Assembly (NCBI GenBank): GCA_964247055.1
Contig: OZ176058.1
Coordinates: 3,782,001 to 3,846,000 of the forward strand
Direction of reading: 5' to 3'
DNA length: 64,000 nucleotides
Source of the DNA: Paragordius varius
Lineage: Eukaryota; Animalia; Nematomorpha
Shown: piece after piece, positions 15,451 through 25,700 of the stretch
How the letters are laid out: every line of letters starts with the position of its first letter
How positions within the stretch are numbered: position 1 is the first letter of the stretch
Program-made: the position numbers and the translations under genes
Notes under the pieces: generated by a model
Told to the model about the DNA's origin: nothing
Databases searched by the model: none
Seen by the model: only the letters and a program-made list of their open reading frames with translations

Positions 15451-18400
15451 TTTGATTGTTGGAAACACTAAAATGTTAACAGACAATGTATTTTGATTTT
15501 GGAAAAATTATTTGATTGTTGATAATATATGTTTGATTGTTGGAAACACTAAAAAGTTAAAAAACATAATTTGATTGTTGGAAAATATTTGATTGTGAAA
15601 ATATATGTTTGATTGTTGGAAACACTAAAAAGCTATTGGGCAACATATTTAAATTGTTGGAAAAATATTTGATTGTTGAAAATATATGTTTAATTGTTAG
15701 AAACACTAAAAAGTAGACACATAATTTGATTGTTGAAAAAATTATTTGATTGTTGGAGACACTAAAAAACTATTGGGCAACATATTTTGATTGTTGAAAA
15801 AATTATTTGATTGTTGGAGACACTAAAAATTTTGGGCAACATATTTTGATTGTTGGAAAAATTATTTGATTGAAAATATATGTTTGATTTTAATTGTTAG
15901 AAACACTAAAAAGTAGACACATAATTTGATTGTTGAAAAAATTATTTGATTGTTGGAGACACTAAAAAACTATTGGGCAACATATTTTGATTGTTGGAAA
16001 AATTAGATTGTTGAAAATATATGTTTGATTGTTGGAAACACTAAAAAGTGAAAAGAAAACATATTTTGAATGTTGGAAAAATTATTTGATTGTTGAAAAT
16101 ATATGTTTGATTGTTGGAAACACTACAAAGTGAAAAGAAAACATATTTTGATTGTTGGAAAATTTATTTGATTGTTGAAAATATATGTTTGATTGTTGGA
16201 AATACTAAAAAGCTGTTGGGCAACATATTTTGATTGTTTGAAAAATTATTTGATTGTTGAAAATATATGTTTGATTGTTAGAAACACTAAAAAGTTAAAA
16301 AACATAATTTAATTGTTGGAAAATATTTGATTGTGAAAATATATGTTGTTGGTAACACTAAAAAGCTATTGGGCAACATATTTAAATTTTTGGAAAATTA
16401 TTTGATTGTTGAAAATATATGTTTGATTGTTGGAAACACTAAAAAGTTAAAAAACATAATTTGATTGTTGGAAAAATTATTTGATTGGTGTAAATATATG
16501 TTTGTTTGTTGGAAACACTAAAAATTTAAAAAACATAATTTGATTGTTGAAAAAACTATTTCATTGTTGAAAATATATGTTTGATTTTTGGAAATACTAA
16601 ACAGATATCAGGAAACATATTTTGATTATTGGAAAAATTATTTGATTAAGAAAATATATGTTTGAATGTTGGAAACACTAAAAAGTTAAAAACATAATTT
16701 GATTGTTGGAAAATATTTGATTGTTGAAAATATATGTTTGATTGTTGGAAATATTAAACAGCTATCAGGCAACATATTTTGAATATTGGAAAAATTATTT
16801 GATTGTTGAAAAAATATGTTTAATTTTTAGAAACATTAAAAAGCTATAAGGCAACATATTTTGATTGTTGAAGAAATTATTTGATTGTTGAAAATATATG
16901 TTTGATTGTTGGAAACACTAAAAAGCTATTGGGTAACATATTTAAATTGTTGGAAAAATATTTGATTGTTGAAAATATATGTTTGATTGTGAGAAACACT
17001 AAAAAGCTATAAGGCAACATATTTTGATTGTTGGAGAAATTATTTGATTGTTGAAAATATATGTTTGATTGTTGGAAACACTAAAAAGTAGACACATAAT
17101 TTGATTGTTGAAAAAATTATTTGATTGTTGGAAACACTAAAAAACTATTGGGCAACATATTTTGATTGTTGGAAAAATTATTTGATTGTTGAAAATATAT
17201 GTTTGATTGTTGGAACTAAAAAGTGAAAAGAAAACATATTTTTGGAAAAATTATTTGATTGTTGAAAATATATGTTTGATTGTTGGAAACACTAAAAAGT
17301 GAAAAGAAAACATATTTTGATTGTTGGAAAATTTATTTGATTGTTGAAAATATATGTTTGATTGTTGGAAATACTAAAAAGCTATTAGGCAACATATTTT
17401 GATTGTTGGAAAAATTATTTGATTGTTGAAAATATATGTTTAATTGTTAGAAACACTAAAAAGCTGTTGGGCAACATATTTTGATTGTTTGAAAAATTAT
17501 TTGATTGTTGAAAATATATGTTTGATTGTTAGAAACACTAAAAAGCTATTGGGCAACATATTTTGATTGTTTGAAAAATTATTTGATTGTTGAAAATATA
17601 TGTTTGATTGTTGGAAACACTAAAAAGTTAAAAAACATAATTTAATTGTTGGAAAATATTTGATTGTGAAAATATATGTTTGATTGTTGGGAACACTAAA
17701 AAGTTAAAAGACAACATAATTTGATTGTTGAAAAAATTATTTGATTGTTGGAAACACTAAAAAACTATGGGGCAACATATTTTGATTGTTGGAAAAATTT
17801 TTTGATTGTTGAAAGTATATTTTTGATTGTTGGAAACACTAAAATGTTAACAGACAATATATTTTGATTGTTGGGAAAATTATTTATTGTTAAAAATTTA
17901 TGATTGATTGTTGAAAACACTAAAAACCTATAAGGCAACATATTTTGATTGTTGAAAAAATTATTTGATTGTTGAAAAAATATGGTTGATTGTTGGAAAC
18001 ACTAAAAAACTATTGGGCAATATATTTTGATTGTTGGAGAAATTATTTGATTGTTGGTAACAATAAAAAGCTATTGGGCAACATATTTTGTTTGTTGGAA
18101 AATTATATGATTGTTGAAAATATATGTTTGACTGTTGGTAACACAAAAAAGTTAAAAAACATAATTTAATTGTTGGAAAGTATTTGATTGTGTAAATATA
18201 TGTTTGATTGTTGGTAACACTAAAAAGCTATTGGGCAACATATTTAAATTGTTGGAAAAATTATTTGATTGTTGAAAATATATGTTTGATTGTTGGAAAC
18301 ACTAAAAAGTAGACACATAATTTGATTGTTGAAAAAATTATTTGATTGTTGGAAACACTAAAAAACTATTGGGCAACATATTTTGATTGTTGGAAAATTT

Positions 18401-21400
18401 ATTTGATTGTTGAAAATATATGTTTGATTGTTGGAAACACTAAAAAGTGAAAAGAAAACATATTTTAATTGTTGGAAAAATTATTTGATTGTTGAAAATA
18501 TATGTTTGATTGTTGGAAACACTAAAAAGCTATTGGGCAACATATTTTGATTGTTGGAAAAATTATTTGATTTTTGAAAATATATGTTTGATTGTTGGAA
18601 ACACTAAAAAGTTAAAAAACATAATTTAATTGTTGGAAAATATTTGATTGTGAAAATATATGTTTCATTGTTGGAAACACTAAAAGGCTATTGGGCAACA
18701 TATTTTGATTGTTGGAGAAATTATTTGATTGTTCAAAATATATGTTTGATTGTTGAAAACACTAAAAAGCTATGGGGCAACATATTTTGACTGTTGAATT
18801 ATTTGATTGTGCAAATATATGTATGATTGTTAGAAACACTAAAAAGCTATTGGGCAACATATTTTGATTGTTGGAAAAATTATTTGATTTTTGAAAATAT
18901 ATGTTTGATTGTTGGAAACACTAAAAAGTTAAAAAACATAATTTAATTGTTGGAAAATATTTGATTGTGAAAATATATGTTTCATTGTTGGAAACACTAA
19001 AAGGCTATTGGGCAACATATTTTGATTGTTGGAGAAATTATTTGATTGTTCAAAATATATGTTTGATTGTTGGAAACACTAAAATGTTAACAGACAATAT
19101 ATTTTGATTGTTGGAAAAATTATTTATTGTTGAAAATTTATGATTGATTGTTGAAAACACTAAAAAGCTATGGGGCAACATATTTTAACTGTTGGAAAAA
19201 TTATTTGATTGTGCAAATATATGTATGATTGTTAGAAACACTAAAAAGCTATTGGGCAACATATTTTGATTGTTGGAAAAATTATTTGATTTTTGAAAAT
19301 ATATGTTTGATTGTTGGAAAGACTAAAAAGTTAAAAAACATAATTTAATTGTTGGAAAATATTTGATTGTGAAAATATATGTTTTATTGTTTGAAACAAT
19401 AAAAAGCTATTGGGCAACATATTTTGATTGTTGGAGAAATTATTTGATTGTTCAAAATATATGTTTGATTGTTGGAAACACTAAAAAGTTAAAAGAAAAC
19501 ATATTTTGATTGTTGGAAAAATTATTTGATTGTTGAAAATATATGTTTGATTGTTGGAAACACCAAAAAACTATTGGGCAACATATTTTGATTGTTGGAA
19601 AAATTATTTGATTGTTGAAAATAAATGTTTGATTGTTGGAAACACTAAAAAGTTAAAAGAAAACATATTTTGATTGTTGGAAAAATTATTTGATTGTTGA
19701 AAATATATGTTTGATTGTTGGAATCACTAAATAGTAAAAAGACAACATATTTGATTGTTGAATAAATTATTTGTTGAAAATATATGTTTGATTGTTGGAA
19801 ACACTAAAAAGCTATTGGGCAAGATATTTTAATTGATGAAAAAATTATTTGATTGTTGAAAATATATGTTTGATTGTTGGATACAATAAAAAGCTATTGG
19901 TCAACATATTTTGATTGTTGGAAAAATTTTTGATTGTTGAAAATATATGTTTGATTGTTGGATACAATTTAAAGATATTGGACAACATATTTTGATTGTT
20001 GGAAAAATTATTTGATTGTTGAAAATATATGTTTGATTGTTGGAAACAATAAAAAGCTATTGGGCAACATATTATGATTGTTGGAAAAGTTATTTGATTG
20101 TTGAAAATATATGTTTAATTGTTGGAAACACTAAAAATTTAAAAAACATAATTTGATTGTTGGAAAAATTATTTCATTGTTGAAAATATATGTTTGATTG
20201 TTGGAAATACTAAACAGATATCAGGAAACATATTTTGATTATTGGAAAAATTATTTGATTAAGAAAATATATGTTTGAATGTTGGAAACACTAAAAAGTT
20301 AAAAACATAATTTGATTGTTGGAAAATATTTGATTGTTGAAAATATATGTTTGATTGTTGGAAATATTAAACAGCTATCAGGCAACATATTTTGAATATT
20401 GGAAAAATTATTTGATTAATGAAAAAATATGTTTGATTGTTTGAAACACCAAAAGGTTATTGGGCAACATATTTAGTTGGTTAAAAAATTATTTGATTGT
20501 TAAAAATATAAGTTTGATATTTGGAAATAATATTTAATTGTTTAAAATATATGTTTGATTGTTGGTAACACTAAAAAGCTATTGGGAAACATATTTTGAT
20601 TGTGGGAAAATTTATTTGATTGTGCAAATATATGTTTGATTTTTGGAAACACTAAAAAGCTGGGCATCATATTTGGATTGTTGGAAAAATTATTTGATTG
20701 TTGAAAATATGGAAACAATAAAAAGCTATTGGGCAACATATTTTGATTGTTTGAAAAAATATTTGATTGTTGAAAATATATGTTTGATTGTTGGAAACCA
20801 TAAAAAGCTTTGGGCAACATATTTTGATTGTTGGAAAATTTATTTGATTGTTGATAATATATGTTTGATTGTTGGAAACACTAAAAAGTTAAAAAACATA
20901 ATTTGATTGTTGGAAAATATTTGATTGTGAAAATATATGTTTGATTGTTGGAAACACTAAAAAGCTATTGGGCAACATATTTAAATTGTTGGAAAAATAT
21001 TTGATTGTTGAAAATATATGTTTAATTGTTAGAAACACTAAAAAGTAGACACATAATTTGATTGTTGAAAAAATTATTTGATTGTTGAAAATATATGTTT
21101 GATTGTTGGAAACACTAAAAAGTGAAAAGAAAACATATTTTGATTGTTGGAAAATTTATTTGATTGTTGAAAATATATGTTTGATTGTTGGAAATACTAA
21201 AAATCTATTAGGCAACATATTTTAATTGTTGGAAAAATTATTTGATTGTTGAAAATATATGTTTAATTGTTAGAAACACTAAAAAGCTGTTGGGCAACAT
21301 ATTTTAATTGTTGGAAAAATTATTTGATTGTTGAAAATATATGTTTGATTGTTAGAAACACTAAAAAGTTAAAAAACATAATTTAATTGTTGGAAAATAT

Positions 21401-24400
21401 TTGATTGTGAAAATATATGTTGTTGGTAACACTAAAAAGCTATTGGGCAACATATTTAAATTTTTGGAAAAATTATTTGATTGTTGAAAATATATGTTTG
21501 ATTGTTGGAAACACTAAAAAGTTAAAAAACATAATTTGATTGTTGGAAAAATTATTTGATTGGTGTAAATATATGTTTGTTTGTTGGAAACACTAAAAAT
21601 TTAAAAAACATAATTTGATTGTTGGAAAAACTATTTCATTGTTGAAAATATATGTTTGATTGTTGGAAATACTAAACAGATATCAGGAAACATATTTTGA
21701 ATATTGGAAAAATTATTTGATTGTTGAAAATATATGTTTGATTGTTGGAAACACTAAAAAGTAGACACATAATTTAATTGTTGAAAAAATTATTTGATTG
21801 TTGGAAACACTAAAAAACTATTGGGCAACATATTTTGATTGTTGGAAAAGTTATTTGATTGTTGAAAATATATGTTTAATTGTTGGAAACACTAAAAAGT
21901 TAAAAAACATAATTTAATTGTTGGATATTTGATTGTGCAAATATATGTTTAATTGTTGGAAACAATAAAAAGTTATTGGGCATCATATTTTGATTGTTGG
22001 AGAAATTATTTGATTTTTTAAAATATATGTTTGATTGTTGTAAACACTAAAAAGTTAAAAGACAACATAATTTGATTGTTGAAAAAATTATTTGATTGGT
22101 GCAAATATATGTTTTGTTGGAAACACTAAAAATTTAAAAAACATAATTTGATTGTTGGAAAACTTATTTCATTGTTGAAAATATATGTTTGATTGTTGGA
22201 AATACTAAACAGATATCAGGAAACATATTTTGATTATTGGAAAAATTATTTGATTAAGAAAATATATGTTTGAATGTTGGAAACACTAAAAAACTATAGG
22301 GCAACATATTTTGATTGTTGAAAAAATTATTTGATTGTTGAAAAAATATGTTTGATTGTTGGAAACACTAAAAAGCAATTGGGCAACATATTTTGATTAT
22401 TTGATTGTTGAAAATATATGTTTGATTGTTGGAAACAATAAAAAGCTATTGCGCAACATATTTTGTTTGTTGGAAAATTATTTGATTGTTGAAAATATAT
22501 GTTTGATTGTCGGAAACACTAAAAAGTTCAAAAACATAATTTAATTGTTGGAAAATATTTGATTGTGAATATATGTTTCATTGTTGGAAACACTAAAAAG
22601 CTATTGGGCAAGATATTTTAATTGATGGAAAAATTATTTGATTGTTGAAAATATATGTTTGATTGTTAGAAACACTAAAAAGTTAAAAAACATAATTTAA
22701 TTGCTGGAAAATATTTGATTGTGAAAATATATGTTGTTGGTAACACTAAAAAGCTATTGGGCAACATATTTAAATTTTTGGAAAAATTATTTGATTGTTG
22801 AAAATATATGTTTGATTGTTGGAAACACAAAAAGTTAAAAATGTTGGAAAAATTATTTGATTGGTGTAAATATATGTTTGTTTGTTGGAAACACTAAAAT
22901 TTAAAAAACATAATTTGATTGTTGGAAAAACTATTTCATTGTTGAAAATATATGTTTGATTGTTGGAAATACTAAACAGATATCAGGAAACATATTTTGA
23001 TTATTGGAAAAATATTTGATTGTTGAAAACACTAAAAAGTAGACACATAATTTGATTGTTGAAAAAATTATTTGATTGTTGGAAACACTAAAAAACTATT
23101 GGGCAACATATTTTGATTGTTGGAAAAGTTATTTGATTGTTGAAAATATATGTTTAATTGTTGGAAACACTAAAAAGTTAAAAAACATAATTTAATTGTT
23201 GGATATTTGATTGTGCAAATATATGTTTAATTGCTGGAAACACTAAAAAGTTATTGGGCATCATATTTTGATTGTTGGAGAAATTATTTGATTTTTTAAA
23301 ATATATGTTTGATTGTTGTAAACACTAAAAAGTTAAAAGACAACATAATTTGATTGTTGAAAAAATTATTTGATTGGTGCAAATATATGTTTTGTTGGAA
23401 ACACTAAAAATTTAAAAAAACATAATTTGATTGTTGGAAAAATTATTTCATTGTTGAAAATATATGTTTGATTGTTGGAAATACTAAACAGATATCAGGA
23501 AACATATTTTGATTATTGGAAAAATTATTTGATTAAGAAAATATATGTTTGAATGTTGGAAACACTAAAAAGCTATGGGGCAACATAATTTGATTGTTGA
23601 AAAAATTATTTGATTGTTGAAAATATATGTTTGATTTTAATTGTTAGAAACACTAAAAAGTAGACACATAATTTGATTGTTGAAAAAATTATTTGATTAA
23701 GAAAATATATGTTTGATTGTTGGAAATATTAAACAGCTATCAGGCAACATATTTTGAATATTGGAAAAATTATTTGATTGTTGAAAAAATATGTTTAATT
23801 GTTAGAAACATTAAAAAGCTATAAGGCAACATATTTTGATTGTTGGAGAAATTATTTGATTGTTGAAAATATATGTTTGATTGTTGGAACTAAAAAGTGA
23901 AAAGAAAACATATTTTGATTGTTGGAAAAATTATTTGATTGTTGAAAATATATGTTTGATTGTTGGAAACACTTAAAAGTGAAAAGAAAACATATTTTGA
24001 TTGTTGGAAAATTTATTTGATTGTTGAAAATATATGTTTGATTGTTGGAAATACTAAAAAGCTATTAGGCAACATATTTTGATTGTTGGAAAAATTATTT
24101 GATTGTTGAAAATATATGTTTAATTGTTAGAAACACTAAAAAGCTGTTGGGCAACATATTTTGATTGTTTGAAAAATTATTTGATTGTTGAAAATATATG
24201 TTTGATTGTTAGAAACACTAAAAAGCTATTGGGCAACATATTTTGATTGTTTGAAAAATTATTTGATTGTTGAAAATATATGTTTGATTGTTGGAAACAC
24301 TAAAAAGTTAAAAAACATAACTTAATTGTTGGAAAATATTTGATTGTGAAAATATATGTTTGATTGTTGGAAACACTAAAAAGTAGACACATAATTTGAT

Positions 24401-24571
24401 TGTTGAAAAAATTATTTGATTGTTGGAAACACTAAAAAACTATTGGGCAACATATTTTGATTGTTGGAAAAATTATTTGATTGTTGAAAATATATGTTTG
24501 ATTGTTGGAACTAAAAAGTGAAAAGAAAACATATTTTGATTGTTGGAAAAATTATTTGATTGTTGAAAATA

Positions 24572-24574
24572 TAT
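24572..24574 (+). other. Target-site duplication TAT, left copy (right copy at 25701-25703)
   Basis: Filled site reads GAAAATA-TAT-[element]-TAT-GTTTG. Empty paralogous sites at 10167, 12414 and 27189 read GAAAATA-TAT-GTTTG with a single TAT. Offset arithmetic fits a net gain of 1129 bp (1126+3). Confidence 0.9.
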
Positions 24575-24601
24575 GGGTGGAGTGAATAAAAAAAAGGAAA
24601 C
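24575..24601 (+). repeat. Left terminal inverted repeat (27 bp)
   Basis: GGGTGGAGTGAATAAAAAAAAGGAAAC is the exact reverse complement of 25674-25700. The match extends to 30 bp with one mismatch (ACT vs CCT). Confidence 0.97.
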
Positions 24602-24740
24602 ACTCTTTCCTTAGCTTTTTGAAGAGATTCCTTAATTTGGAGTGAATAAAAAGCTAAGGAAACCCTAAAAAAATTAACATTAGATTTTTGAGGAAACACT
24701 TGTTTTCAAGTGAATAAAAAAATTTATTAAAGGAAACCCT
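24596..24740 (+). repeat. Left subterminal motif array: GGAAAC(A/C)CT x4 and AGTGAATAAAAA x3
   Basis: GGAAACACT at 24596 and 24692; GGAAACCCT at 24658 and 24732; AGTGAATAAAAA at 24581, 24641 and 24709. A transposase-binding role is inferred by analogy with subterminal repeats of other TIR transposons. Confidence 0.85.
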
Positions 24741-25626
24741 ACATATTTTTAAGGATGCTAAATACCATCCTTATATATTTATAAATTTTATAACAATCGA
24801 TAGTAGAGGATCAAACAAGGCAATTAGAGCTAATACGGTTTTGATATTAGATTCGATAAGTTTAAATATCAATTTTAAGTTATTTTTATACATTTTAGAT
24901 TTTTCTAGTATATTTGGAATACAGCGTAGAAACTAAATGTTTGCTCAACGATCTTAGATAAGAAACAAAAAAAGATATAAGAGAATCAATTATCTATGAA
25001 ACAAAATCTACGATTTAATAATAAATAAACTTTAAAATACTTTTTCCTGATTTCGATTAACGAACAAATCTCATTTCTTAGTATATGCAAGCCTCAAAAA
25101 TATTAAGTCAATCAGTTTCTTAGTTATTCTTGCTAAATGAAAATTTGTATACAAACTATTATAATAAAAAAATGTATAAATAAACTTTAATCTATTTATT
25201 ATTTAATATAAAATGTGAATTAGATTGTCATAATAATTTAAAAATTCTTCCGATTCTGTGCGATCTTAAGAATTTAGGAATATTTCCTCCGATTTCGTGC
25301 GATCTTTTATGACAACGTTTCCTGTATTATTTAAATCATATTTTTTTGATTGAAGTTTTCATATCTATCGCTATATCTGATCTATATCATAATAATTCTT
25401 TGTTTCTGTCAACAAATCATTTTGTAGATTTTTATAAGCTTCTTTTTTTGAATTACAATATACGGTACCATAGATTTGTTAAAAACTATGGGATATCTAA
25501 AATATTAAATATTAAGTTACTTTGCAAGAAGAAGTCTCAATTTTTCTTTAGGTACATTTATATCTGTTTTAGGCATGGTTTAAGGAAACTCGAGAGTTAA
25601 TCAGATGTGTTTTTTATATGAATTAT

Positions 25627-25681
25627 AAGGAAACCCTTTCTTTGAAAAAGTGAGCATAGGAAACACTTAAAGGGTTTCCTT
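25627..25681. repeat. Right subterminal motif array: GGAAAC(A/C)CT x3, including a 13-bp inverted pair
   Basis: GGAAACCCT at 25629 (+), GGAAACACT at 25659 (+), AGGGTTTCC at 25671-25679 (-). AAGGAAACCCTTT (25627-25639) is the reverse complement of AAAGGGTTTCCTT (25669-25681). Confidence 0.85.
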
Positions 25682-25700
25682 TTTTTTATTCACTCCACCC
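25674..25700 (-). repeat. Right terminal inverted repeat (27 bp)
   Basis: GTTTCCTTTTTTTTATTCACTCCACCC is the reverse complement of the left TIR. Confidence 0.97.

Larger units (their letters stand above)
1..24574 (+). repeat. 82-bp AT-rich tandem satellite array, left of the transposon insertion
   Basis: Continuous head-to-tail repeats of TTGATTGTTGGAAACACTAAAAAGCTATTGGGCAACATATT/TTGATTGTTGGAAAAATTAT/TTGATTGTTGAAAATATATGT. Period checked directly: GTTAGAAACA at 9721 and 9803 is 82 bp apart. The array runs off the left edge of the window. Confidence 0.98.
24575..25700. mobile_element. Non-autonomous TIR DNA transposon (MITE-like), 1126 bp; superfamily uncertain, PIF/Harbinger-like is the best guess
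   Basis: Only non-satellite sequence in the window. It begins GGGTGGAGTGAAT and ends ATTCACTCCACCC, has perfect 27-bp TIRs, is flanked by duplicated TAT, and has no transposase-sized ORF. GGG termini with a 3-bp A/T TSD resemble PIF/Harbinger elements, but their canonical TSD is TWA, so the superfamily call is inference. Confidence 0.93.

Noticed and set aside
24511-24699. 62-aa minus-strand ORF
   Set aside because: It is a chimera reading across the element's left end into the satellite.
24794-24802. DRE-like AATCGATA in the element
   Set aside because: It has one mismatch to TATCGATA, is a single copy in AT-rich DNA, and the host is unknown.
25346-25600. 84-aa ORF inside the transposon
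   Set aside because: It is short, has a non-ATG start in context, has the F/I/K/N/Y-rich composition of random AT-rich DNA, and shows no recognisable DDE or DNA-binding motif. A database search was not possible, but nothing supports coding.
24575-25700. Helitron, LTR or SINE interpretation of the insert
   Set aside because: It lacks TC...CTRR ends, TG...CA termini, a poly-A tail and Pol III A/B boxes. Perfect TIRs with a TSD explain it better.
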